Assembly (NCBI RefSeq): GCF_000018785.1
Contig: NC_010163.1
Span: forward strand, 1,140,001 to 1,172,000
DNA: 32,000 nucleotides
Origin: Acholeplasma laidlawii PG-8A
GTDB lineage: Bacteria; Bacillota_I; Bacilli_A; Acholeplasmatales; Acholeplasmataceae
Direction: 5' to 3'
The stretch's first letter is position 1. Each line of letters begins with the position of its first letter. This document shows positions 1 through 7,791 of this stretch, piece by piece. The translations under genes were made by a program, and so were the position numbers. The notes beneath the pieces were generated by a model. The model was not told the DNA's origin and searched no databases. It worked only from the letters and a program-made list of their open reading frames with translations.

Positions 1-1537
1 ACTTACCTGCTTCATCAATTTCAAATAAGCGTGTAGCTGTTGTTGACACTAATTGATGATCTTGTGTAGTAAATAATAACACACCTTTAAATTCTTGTAA
101 GCCTTTATTTAGTGCTGTAATAGATTCCATATCTAAGTGGTTGGTTGGCTCATCAAGGATAAGTGTATTTTTTTCTTCAATCATAAGTCTAGACATTAAG
201 AGTCTTACACGTTCTCCACCACTTAGTACATTAATTTTCTTTAAAGCGTCTTCGCCACTAAATAGCATACGTCCCAAAAAGCCTCTTACATATGTATTTT
301 CTTTGTTTTTAGAATAATCTGTTAACCAGTCAACCATCACGGTTGGCTTTTTAAATTCAAAGTTGTTATCTTTTCTAAAGTAACCTTTAATAACAGTCTC
401 GCCCCATTTAAATGAACCAGCATCTGGTGTATCTACTTCATTTAAAATGTTGAATAAGACAGTTGCTGCTTTATCGTTTAAACCAATAAATGCAACCTTA
501 TCTGTTTTACCTAATGTAAATGTTACATTGTCTAAGACTTTTACACCATCAATTGTTTTAGATAAGTTTTCCACTTTTAAGATATCATCACCTAAAGATT
601 TTTCATACTTAAAGTTAATATATGGATATCTTCTTGTACTTGGTCTAATTTCTGTTAACTCAATTTTTTCTAATGCTTTCTTTCTTGATGTTGCTTGTTT
701 AGATTTAGAAGCATTCGCGCTAAAGCGAGAAATAAAGTCTTGTAATTCTTTAATTTTTTCTTCACTCTTTTTGTTTTGTTCTTTAGCTTGTCTTAACATT
801 AATTGACTAGACTCATACCAAAAATCATAGTTACCAGCATAAAGAGTTACTTGTTTATAGTCAATGTCTGCAATGTGTGTACACACTTTGTTTAAAAAGT
901 ATCTATCGTGAGATACAACAATGACTGTATTTTCAAAATCCATTAAAAAGTTTTCTAACCATAACACAGCTTTAGTATCTAAGTGGTTGGTTGGCTCATC
1001 TAGTAATAAAACATCTGGTTGATCAAATAAACTTTGAGCAAGTAATACTTTAACCTTATCATTGCTTGATAAGTCTTTCATAAGTTCATAATGCTTTTCA
1101 ACATCAATACCTAATCCAGTGAGTAAAATAGCTGCATCAGACTCGGCATTCCAACCGTTCATATCATCAAATAAACTTTCTAGTTCTCCAGCTTTAATAC
1201 CGTCTTCTTCACTAAAATCAGGTTTAGCATAGATTTCATTTTTTTCTATCATGATTTGGTATAACTTTTTATTACCCTGAATTACTGTATCAATGACAGT
1301 AAACTCATCATATTTAAATTGATCTTGTTCTAAAAAAGATAATCTCTGATTTTGGTCCATAGTAATGGTACCTCTTGTAGTAGGTAACTTACCAGCCAAT
1401 ATTTTTAGTAACGTAGATTTACCGGCACCATTAGCGCCAATAACACCATAACAATTACCTTTAGTGAATTTTAAATTGACATCTTCAAATAAGATATCTT
1501 TACCGATTTGATACGTAACATTTGACACATTTAACAT
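1..1537 (-). CDS. ABC-F family ATPase (YbiT/YkpA-like; two tandem NBDs, no TMD). The C-terminus runs off the window.
   Basis: Absent from the ORF track because it is open at the window edge. Minus-strand translation from ATG 1537-1535 reads MLNVSNVTYQIGKDILFEDVNLKFTKGNCYGVIGANGAGKSTLLKILAGKL... It has Walker A GANGAGKST, Walker B LLLDEPTNHLD, the ABC-F-typical linker FISRFSANASKSKQATSRKK, and a second NBD with LSGGERVRLL and LILDEPTNHLD. GGAGG lies 10 nt upstream of the ATG. Confidence 0.85.
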   Translation of the reverse strand, partial: MLNVSNVTYQIGKDILFEDVNLKFTKGNCYGVIGANGAGKSTLLKILAGKLPTTRGTITMDQNQRLSFLEQDQFKYDEFTVIDTVIQGNKKLYQIMIEKNEIYAKPDFSEEDGIKAGELESLFDDMNGWNAESDAAILLTGLGIDVEKHYELMKDLSSNDKVKVLLAQSLFDQPDVLLLDEPTNHLDTKAVLWLENFLMDFENTVIVVSHDRYFLNKVCTHIADIDYKQVTLYAGNYDFWYESSQLMLRQAKEQNKKSEEKIKELQDFISRFSANASKSKQATSRKKALEKIELTEIRPSTRRYPYINFKYEKSLGDDILKVENLSKTIDGVKVLDNVTFTLGKTDKVAFIGLNDKAATVLFNILNEVDTPDAGSFKWGETVIKGYFRKDNNFEFKKPTVMVDWLTDYSKNKENTYVRGFLGRMLFSGEDALKKINVLSGGERVRLLMSRLMIEEKNTLILDEPTNHLDMESITALNKGLQEFKGVLLFTTQDHQLVSTTATRLFEIDEAGK

Positions 1538-1594
1538 AATAAAAAAACCTCCAACATGATAAACCTTACATATCATATCACAAGTGGAGGTTTT
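1538..1594 (-). terminator. Intrinsic terminator after lrgB. Its 3' arm contains the ABC-F Shine-Dalgarno.
   Basis: Perfect 10 bp stem aaaacctcca (1544-1553) / tggaggtttt (1585-1594), with an inner atgata/tatcat sub-stem. On the minus strand it is followed by a run of 7 U (the first 4 can pair with the A-run of the 5' arm), then AUU and the ATG. It starts 22 nt after the lrgB stop. Confidence 0.6.
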
Positions 1595-1616
1595 ATTCTA
1601 TTTATATGTTATATTT

Positions 1617-2306
1617 TTATACAATCCATGTTAATAATTGATAAATCAGTGGTGCAGCAATCACAGTTAAGAGCCCTGTAATGATTAATGATAGAGTTGC
1701 AACGGATGCATCAAGATCACCATATTCAATCGCTTTGGTTGTACCTACTGCATGAGAGGCAGCACCTAAGGATAAACCACGTGCAATTGGGGATGTAATT
1801 TTAAATAATTTAAAGATAGGTGGTGCAATTAGTATACCTAACACACCTGTTAACACAACAATAACAACCGTTAAGTTTTTAATACCGCCTAGGCTTTCAG
1901 ATACTGCCATAGCAATCGGTGTAGTTACTGACTTAGGAATCATCGTTGCAATCATTTCATCTGTCGTATGTAGGATAAATACAATACCTGCAATGGTTAA
2001 TGCGTGTACGATAACACCTACAATTAAAACACTAATAATGGTCTTCCAATGTTTCTTTAAAATCGGTAGTTTTTCATATAAAGGAAGTGCGAGTGAAACT
2101 GTTGCAGGTCCTATGAAAAACGAAATCATTTTAGTACCTTCTTGATACGTGTCATAGTTAATATTTGTTACACATAAAAAGATAACTATAAATGTAGAGG
2201 TGAGTAATAAAGGGTTTAGTAAAGAGATTTTAAATCTATCTTGTAGATAATAAAATCCTACATAAACACCAATAGTTAAACCTACGGTCCAAAGTATATC
2301 ATTCAT
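1617..2306 (-). CDS. lrgB: LrgB/CidB family membrane protein
   Basis: 229 aa polytopic membrane protein with LrgB-like segments (FFIGPATVSLALPLY, GGIKNLTVVIVVLTGVLG). Its start overlaps the lrgA stop (ATGAATGA), the usual lrgA-lrgB arrangement. Confidence 0.8.
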   Translation of the reverse strand: MNDILWTVGLTIGVYVGFYYLQDRFKISLLNPLLLTSTFIVIFLCVTNINYDTYQEGTKMISFFIGPATVSLALPLYEKLPILKKHWKTIISVLIVGVIVHALTIAGIVFILHTTDEMIATMIPKSVTTPIAMAVSESLGGIKNLTVVIVVLTGVLGILIAPPIFKLFKITSPIARGLSLGAASHAVGTTKAIEYGDLDASVATLSLIITGLLTVIAAPLIYQLLTWIV

Positions 2307-2643
2307 GTTTGATACCTCTTTGTGCTAGTAGTGAGGTGACAATTAAAGTAATGGTTGTAGAAATAATTAATACTAAAACTAGTTCTACCCAATGAAGACT
2401 AATTAAATCAAAGTATTCCATTAAGCCAACCGCAAGTGGAACAAATAGAAACGCCATATATTTTTGAAGAAAACACGCTACTTCTTTAATGTGATCCACC
2501 TTTATAAGTTTCAATAAAAGTGCTAAAAAAAGTAAGATTAATCCAATTAAACTACCTGGAAAACTAAATGGTAGATAATAGGAAATAAGTTCTCCTAGTA
2601 ACGTAAATACAATTAAAATAAATAGCTGAAATAAAATCTTCAT
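2299..2643 (-). CDS. lrgA: LrgA/CidA family holin-like membrane protein
   Basis: 114 aa protein with 4 predicted TM helices, immediately upstream of and overlapping lrgB. AAGGA lies upstream of the ATG. It ends in TGA, so TGA is a stop codon in this organism. Confidence 0.75.
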   Translation of the reverse strand: MKILFQLFILIVFTLLGELISYYLPFSFPGSLIGLILLFLALLLKLIKVDHIKEVACFLQKYMAFLFVPLAVGLMEYFDLISLHWVELVLVLIISTTITLIVTSLLAQRGIKHE

Positions 2644-2789
2644 GTATGGTCCTTATAAGTTATTTTTTTGATGCGTCACTATTATACGATATTTCAAAGT
2701 TGGTTGCATCAAATCCTATAATGAAAATCAAATTATGTAAATTTGTTTCACTTTTCTTACATTTTGATACATTTCATGTATATGTATAC

Positions 2790-2824
2790 CTAATAAAAAG
2801 GACGAACATGATGTATATTCGTCC
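2790..2824 (-). terminator. Intrinsic terminator after ribD
   Basis: Stem ggacgaa (2800-2806) / ttcgtcc (2818-2824) with an 11 nt loop. On the minus strand it is followed by TTTTTATT. It begins 8 nt after the ribD stop. Confidence 0.6.
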
Positions 2825-2832
2825 AAAGATGT

Positions 2833-3906
2833 TTATTTAAAATAACCTTCAATTAAGATGTCCTCATCAAATTGTGTATAAGTAACATCTTTTAATACAT
2901 GGGCATCTTTCATTAAAGATACACCTTCCCCACCTATTGGAGTAAGTGCATTTTTTCCACCTATGATTTTAGGTGCTATAAATGCATAAACTTTATTCAC
3001 TAAATTAGCTTCTAAGAAACTCGCATGCGTATATGCACCACCCTCAATGAAGATACTATCTATTTTTGCTTCACCTAGAATCGTCATAAGCTTATCTAAA
3101 TCAATGGTTGGCATTTGAATGATTTTAACACCCAAATCCACATAGCTTTGATCATATGTTTCAGAGACTATCCAAGTTGGTTGGGTTTTAGCTGTTTTTA
3201 CAACATAAGTACTCTTTGGTGTTTGTAGTTTTGGGTCTAAGATTATTCTTACTGGGTTTTTAGATTTCTTACTTCTTCTAACATCGAGTTTTGCATCATC
3301 TTTAATGATTGTGTTCACACCAACAAGTATTGCACTATATTTATTTCTTAAATCATGAACATATTTTCTTGATTTTTTATTAGTTATCCATTTAGAATCA
3401 AAATCTTTAGTTGCTAATTTACCATCTAAAGTCATGGCATACTTCATGGCTACAAATGGTCTTTTAGTTGTAATATAGTGAAAGAATATATCGTTTACTT
3501 TTAAACCTAGGTCATCTAAGATACCATAATGTACTTTGATGCCGGCATCTTCTAGCACTTTAACGCCTTGTTTATAGACTAGTGGGTTTGGATCTAAGTT
3601 TGCAATATAAACTTCTTTAATACCTTTTTCTATCAGTTTAAATGCACACGGTGGTTGTTTACCATGGTGACTACATGGTTCTAGTGTTACAAACATCGTT
3701 GCACCAGCTACATCTTCTGTTGCATGATTAATTGCATCCACTTCAGCGTGTACTTGACCAAATGCCTTATGATACCCTTTACCAATGACCTTACCATCTT
3801 TAATGATAACCGCACCAACAAGTGGGTTTGGATTCACAAATCCTTCGCCTTTTATTGCTAAATTAAACGCTTGTTTCATGTATTTCGTCTGTAATTTTAA
3901 GTCCAT
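2833..3906 (-). CDS. ribD: Bifunctional riboflavin biosynthesis protein RibD (pyrimidine deaminase / uracil reductase)
   Basis: 357 aa. Zinc deaminase motifs VHAEVDAI and TLEPCSHHGKQPPC, followed by a C-terminal RibD reductase-type domain (KYAMTLDGKLAT...IFIEGGA). AAGAAGG lies upstream of the ATG. Confidence 0.9.
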   Translation of the reverse strand: MDLKLQTKYMKQAFNLAIKGEGFVNPNPLVGAVIIKDGKVIGKGYHKAFGQVHAEVDAINHATEDVAGATMFVTLEPCSHHGKQPPCAFKLIEKGIKEVYIANLDPNPLVYKQGVKVLEDAGIKVHYGILDDLGLKVNDIFFHYITTKRPFVAMKYAMTLDGKLATKDFDSKWITNKKSRKYVHDLRNKYSAILVGVNTIIKDDAKLDVRRSKKSKNPVRIILDPKLQTPKSTYVVKTAKTQPTWIVSETYDQSYVDLGVKIIQMPTIDLDKLMTILGEAKIDSIFIEGGAYTHASFLEANLVNKVYAFIAPKIIGGKNALTPIGGEGVSLMKDAHVLKDVTYTQFDEDILIEGYFK

Positions 3907-4015
3907 ATATTTTACCTTCTTTACTCTATTTATAAGAGAAATCTATATGTTCTATTTTACCTTTATAGCGCTTATAAGTATAGTTATTTACTTTAATGAA
4001 CTCATGTGTGTGACT

Positions 4016-4984
4016 TTACTGTATGAGTTTAAGTAATGCTTCAACAAATGTTTTAGCATCTCCTATATAGCTATAGTCAGCTACATCAAAAATGGGTGCT
4101 TTAGGGTTGTTATTTATAGCAACAATATAATGAGACTTTGTAATACCTGATGTAAACTGAACTGCGCCATGTACACCGAGTGTGATTAATAGTTTAGGTG
4201 CAATCGAACTACCTGATTGACCGATTTGATCATCAACACTAAAAGGTGGTAGATCCGTAAGTGGTCTCGTTACACCTATTTTGGCACCTAATTTTGTAGC
4301 AAGTAGATTAGCTTTTAAAATATGTTCTTCGCCTGATATCCCACGACCTAATGCAATGACTCTATCTGCATTTGCAATACTATCTGATTTTGAAAGTAAT
4401 GGTATTTCTTCATATACTGTAATACGTTTGCTTTCTTTAAAGTTTAAATCATCAACTATGGTGATTTTTGTATCATTACTTTGTGTTTCGGTAGCTATGA
4501 AGACGTTAGGTCTAACTGTTGCCATTTGTGGAAAGTTGTTTGGGCAAACAATTTCACACATAATATTATCACCATAAGATGGTTTTATTTGTATGAGTAA
4601 ATCATCTTCAAACTTAAGATCAAGGCAATCAGCAGTTAGACCAGTTAATAGTTTTGCTTGTAATCTTGCACTAATTGAACGACCGATTACTGTTGCTCCA
4701 AATAACATACTATTGGGTTGATATTTGTGATTTAGTTGAGATAATAAGTCTGCAATTAATGAATCTGGTGCTTCCTTTAATCTATCATCACAAACAGTGA
4801 TGATTTCATCTGGTCCATAATTTATGAGTTGTTGTTCTAATGTTTGTTCTTTTGTTTGAAATAGTACAACAATCACTTTTTTATTTTCTTTAATTTGATT
4901 TGCTTTTGTAATTAGTTGTTTGGTCACTGGCTGAATAATATCTTGATGATGTTCAGCAACTATCCATATATTTTTATGTATCAT
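4016..4984 (-). CDS. etfA: Electron transfer flavoprotein alpha subunit (EtfA/FixB)
   Basis: C-terminal FAD-binding region LITLGVHGAVQFTSGITKSHYIVAINNNPKAPIFDVADYSYIGD. The ORF-track start at 4993 is a GTG. The ATG at 4984 (MIHKNIWIVAEHH) is preceded by AAGGTGG with 5 nt spacing, so I prefer it. Confidence 0.85.
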   Translation of the reverse strand: MIHKNIWIVAEHHQDIIQPVTKQLITKANQIKENKKVIVVLFQTKEQTLEQQLINYGPDEIITVCDDRLKEAPDSLIADLLSQLNHKYQPNSMLFGATVIGRSISARLQAKLLTGLTADCLDLKFEDDLLIQIKPSYGDNIMCEIVCPNNFPQMATVRPNVFIATETQSNDTKITIVDDLNFKESKRITVYEEIPLLSKSDSIANADRVIALGRGISGEEHILKANLLATKLGAKIGVTRPLTDLPPFSVDDQIGQSGSSIAPKLLITLGVHGAVQFTSGITKSHYIVAINNNPKAPIFDVADYSYIGDAKTFVEALLKLIQ

Positions 4985-4998
4985 GCAATCCACCTTCC

Positions 4999-5793
4999 TT
5001 ATATGATGTTACGTGCACGTAATACTTGTAGTAATTTACGTGCAGCACTATCTGGGTTTTCACCAAGTAATTCTGTTTTTTTAGCAACCTTTGTTGGATT
5101 CCAAACTTTACGTACAACCGTTGGAGAACCTTTAATCCCAATTCTATTAAAGTCAAGTTCAAAGGCATGCTCATCCCAAACCTTTATTTCCTTTTGATAA
5201 CTTAACATAATATTTCTAGGACTTGGGTATCTTGGTTCATTTAATTCACTTCGAACGCTAAACACTGCAGGTAGTTCAACTTTAATGGATTGTTGCATAT
5301 GTTCCATTAACCTAACCGCTTCAATAGATTGTTCATCTACTGGATTTATTTGACTGATATAAGTAACTTGTGGCCAATCTAATAATTCTGCAACAATTGG
5401 TCCTACTTGACCCGTATCAGCATCAATAGATTGTCTACCAAAAAAGACTAAGTTTACGTCTTTAATCGCCTTAATTGCTTGGCTTAAGACATAACCGGTC
5501 GCAAGTGTATCTGCTCCACCAAAGCTACGTGAACTGAGTAATATCGCATCATCAGCACCCATCGCTAGTCCTTGACGTAAAGTAATTTCAAAGTTTTTAG
5601 GTCCCATTGACAGTAAAGTAACTTTTGCATCATATCTATTTTTAAGTTTGAGTGCTGCTTCAACTGCATTTTGATCAAAAGGATTCATAATCCCTGGTTC
5701 TGATGAACGCATCATATTTTTAGTGACTGGATCTATTTTTAAGTTATTGGAAACTGGTACTTGTTTCACACATACAACAATATGTAGACTCAT
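4999..5793 (-). CDS. etfB: Electron transfer flavoprotein beta subunit (EtfB/FixA)
   Basis: MSLHIVVCVKQVP..NPFDQNAVEAALKLK..GRQSIDADTGQVGP. The ORF-track start at 5835 lies inside the upstream ACAD gene. The ATG at 5793 is 4 nt after the ACAD stop and is preceded by GGAAAGGGTG. Confidence 0.85.
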   Translation of the reverse strand: MSLHIVVCVKQVPVSNNLKIDPVTKNMMRSSEPGIMNPFDQNAVEAALKLKNRYDAKVTLLSMGPKNFEITLRQGLAMGADDAILLSSRSFGGADTLATGYVLSQAIKAIKDVNLVFFGRQSIDADTGQVGPIVAELLDWPQVTYISQINPVDEQSIEAVRLMEHMQQSIKVELPAVFSVRSELNEPRYPSPRNIMLSYQKEIKVWDEHAFELDFNRIGIKGSPTVVRKVWNPTKVAKKTELLGENPDSAARKLLQVLRARNII

Positions 5794-5797
5794 TTTT

Positions 5798-6925
5798 TTA
5801 CACCCTTTCCATTTGGACTGATTTTGCGATTTCAATGACCATTTTTTCTAGTGATCCTTCTGCAATCTGTAATGCCCTAGCATCTCTTAGTAGATGTTCT
5901 ACTGGATATTCATTACTATAACCATAGCCACCTAATACTTGAAGTGCATGATCACATGATGTAAATGCTGCACGACTACCATAAGATTTAGCCATTGTAG
6001 AAACCTTATCATAAGGTTTTCCCTGACTTTTAAGTTTAGCAGCCTCTTCATAAAGTAATTGCGTGTTTTCTTTAGCAATAGCAATCTCAGTGATTTTATT
6101 TTGAATAGAAAACAAATCGATGATTGGTTTATCAATCGCCTTTCTTTCGGTAGCATAATCCAGTACGATATCCAATGCATGCTGACAAATCCCCGCTGCA
6201 ATAGCACCCATATTGATTCTTGCATCATAATGTGCACTATCACCAATCATGACACCTTCACCAATTTTACCGAGCATATACTCATCTGTTACTTTAACGT
6301 TTTCTAAAAATATTTCACCTACAGGGGTTCCCCTCATGCCAAAGAAATCTTCTTGTTTTCCATACTTAAAACCTGGCATATCCTTATCAACTAAAAAACA
6401 TGTCAGTTCATTTTCTGCAGTTTTAAGTAATACTAAATACACTTCAGCAAGTCCACCATTTGTAATCATTGTCTTATTACCATTTAATATCCAATAATCA
6501 CCTTCTTTGACCGCACTTGCAGTATGTCCCATCACATTGGAACCACCTTGAGGTTCGGTAGAACCAAAACCAAAAATACGTTTATTGGCTTCGGGAAGAT
6601 ATTTTTCTTTTAAAGACGCTTTACCATATTTTTTAAGTTGATCCACTGTCTTATAGTGACCTTCTAAAGTGAAAGCAACACTAGCACTGTTTGATGCAAC
6701 ATCAAATATAGTTTGAGCTTCTGCTACCGGATCAAAATCTGCACCTCCAAACTCCTTAGGTACAATCAAACCTAAAAATCCTGTTTCAACAATTTTATCC
6801 CAAAGTGTTTTAGGATATCCTTTTTGTTTATCAATTACCATATCCAAGGGTTTAATCTCTTTTCTAGAAAAATCAACAACCATTTGGTGCAACATCTGTT
6901 GATGTTCTTTTAACACTACACTCAT
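5798..6925 (-). CDS. Acyl-CoA dehydrogenase (short-chain/butyryl-CoA dehydrogenase-like)
   Basis: 375 aa with an ACAD-type layout: FGFGSTEPQGGSN, C-terminal LRDARALQIAEGSLEKMVIEIAK (the equivalent of the IYEGT catalytic-base region). Directly followed by etfB-etfA. AAAGGAG RBS. Confidence 0.85.
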   Translation of the reverse strand: MSVVLKEHQQMLHQMVVDFSRKEIKPLDMVIDKQKGYPKTLWDKIVETGFLGLIVPKEFGGADFDPVAEAQTIFDVASNSASVAFTLEGHYKTVDQLKKYGKASLKEKYLPEANKRIFGFGSTEPQGGSNVMGHTASAVKEGDYWILNGNKTMITNGGLAEVYLVLLKTAENELTCFLVDKDMPGFKYGKQEDFFGMRGTPVGEIFLENVKVTDEYMLGKIGEGVMIGDSAHYDARINMGAIAAGICQHALDIVLDYATERKAIDKPIIDLFSIQNKITEIAIAKENTQLLYEEAAKLKSQGKPYDKVSTMAKSYGSRAAFTSCDHALQVLGGYGYSNEYPVEHLLRDARALQIAEGSLEKMVIEIAKSVQMERV

Positions 6926-6971
6926 ATTTTTGCTCCTTTGATTTATTTATACATAGTTTATGACTATCACC

Positions 6972-6977
6972 ATTATA
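6972..6977 (-). promoter_or_regulatory. Putative -10 box (TATAAT) of the acyl-CoA dehydrogenase/etf operon promoter
   Basis: attata at 6972-6977 is TATAAT on the minus strand. There is no good -35 hexamer. The FNR box sits where a class II activator would bind. Confidence 0.4.
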
Positions 6978-6999
6978 AAGAAATCAAAGTTATAAATAA

Positions 7000-7013
7000 T
7001 TGATAGTTGTCAA
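7000..7013. promoter_or_regulatory. FNR/CRP-family binding site TTGAT-N4-GTCAA
   Basis: TTGATAGTTGTCAA matches 9 of 10 positions of the FNR consensus TTGAT-N4-ATCAA. It lies in the divergent intergenic region between the ACAD operon and the Crp/Fnr gene. Confidence 0.6.
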
Positions 7014-7027
7014 TTTATTGATATAAT
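7000..7027 (+). promoter_or_regulatory. Sigma-70/SigA-type promoter of the Crp/Fnr gene
   Basis: -35 TTGATA (7000-7005), 16 nt spacer, -10 TATAAT (7022-7027), 24 nt upstream of the ATG at 7052. Confidence 0.55.
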
Positions 7028-7051
7028 GTAATAAAGAAAGTTGGTAAATAT

Positions 7052-7747
7052 ATGGAAGAGAAAAAATTACATCCACACAACTGCATTGATAGACTTGAAC
7101 TATTCAACACACTTACAAGTGAACAACGTCAACTAGTGTTTAAATTGATTGAACACCGACATTATAGTGCCGGACAAATGATTTATAGTCCAGGTGAAAG
7201 TGCTGGTTCTATCCATATTATTAGTAGAGGAAAGGTTCGAATCTATCGACTCTCTGAAAGCGGTCGTGAACAACTTATAAGACTTTTACTCCCAGGTGAA
7301 TTTACTGGAGAGCTTGCACTATTTAAAGAAGGCATCTATGAAGCTTATGCTGAAAGTCTAGAAGATACAAAGATATGTATGATCCACCATGACGACTTTA
7401 AAAACTTACTTAAATCCTACCCTGCCATATCAGTTAAGATGTTATCTGTTTTAGCAAAGCGCTTAAGTATCTCTGAACAACAATCAACCTGGATGTCTAC
7501 AGAAACATCCAAAGAAAGACTAATTAACTTTCTTATCCGAAGTGCAACACTCAATAAGCAAGGTGAGATGGTAGTCTATCTACCTATGCCTAAAAAAGAT
7601 CTTGCATCTTATTTAGGCACAACTCCCGAAACCTTATCGCGCCAATTTACAATATTAAAAAAAGACGGTGTCATTACACAGTCATCTAAAAATTATGTAA
7701 AGATTCATGGTTTAAGCCATAATGATATTACATGTGAGATTTGTTAA
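7052..7747 (+). CDS. Crp/Fnr family transcriptional regulator
   Basis: 231 aa. N-terminal cNMP-binding-like beta-roll (GESAGSIHIISRGKVRIYRLSESGREQ..GEFTGELALF) and a C-terminal HTH, KKDLASYLGTTPETLSRQFTILKKDGVI, carrying the FNR-type E--SR recognition motif. Confidence 0.85.
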   Translation: MEEKKLHPHNCIDRLELFNTLTSEQRQLVFKLIEHRHYSAGQMIYSPGESAGSIHIISRGKVRIYRLSESGREQLIRLLLPGEFTGELALFKEGIYEAYAESLEDTKICMIHHDDFKNLLKSYPAISVKMLSVLAKRLSISEQQSTWMSTETSKERLINFLIRSATLNKQGEMVVYLPMPKKDLASYLGTTPETLSRQFTILKKDGVITQSSKNYVKIHGLSHNDITCEIC

Positions 7748-7757
7748 GCACATATAA

Positions 7758-7786
7758 AAAACGCACTTTATGAGTGCGTTTTATTT
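7758..7786. terminator. Bidirectional intrinsic terminator between convergent genes
   Basis: Stem aaaacgcact (7758-7767) / agtgcgtttt (7773-7782), 5 nt loop, with T-runs on both strands. It lies between the crp/fnr stop (7747) and the thioesterase stop (7792). Confidence 0.75.
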
Positions 7787-7791
7787 ATAAG

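Noticed and set aside
447-806. 119 aa plus-strand ORF
   Set aside because: It lies entirely antisense to the well-supported ABC-F gene. It has a low-complexity hydrophobic/Leu-Phe-Ser composition typical of reverse-frame translation of AT-rich coding DNA, and no RBS.
2646-2840. 64 aa plus-strand ORF in the lrgA-ribD intergenic region
   Set aside because: It has no SD. It spans the ribD terminator hairpin and the likely lrgAB promoter region, runs into the end of ribD, and its sequence has no recognisable features.
3907-4015. Looked for an FMN riboswitch upstream of ribD
   Set aside because: The interval is only 109 nt, is very AT-rich, and has none of the conserved G-rich FMN-element core segments. 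The only structure is a weak 7 bp stem.
3785-6497. Other short track ORFs overlapping ribD, etfA, etfB and the ACAD gene (3785-4036, 4281-4577, 4916-5197, 4974-5174, 5932-6246, 6059-6307, 6249-6497)
   Set aside because: They are alternative-frame or antisense ORFs inside genes with unambiguous family motifs. None has an RBS or a recognisable domain.
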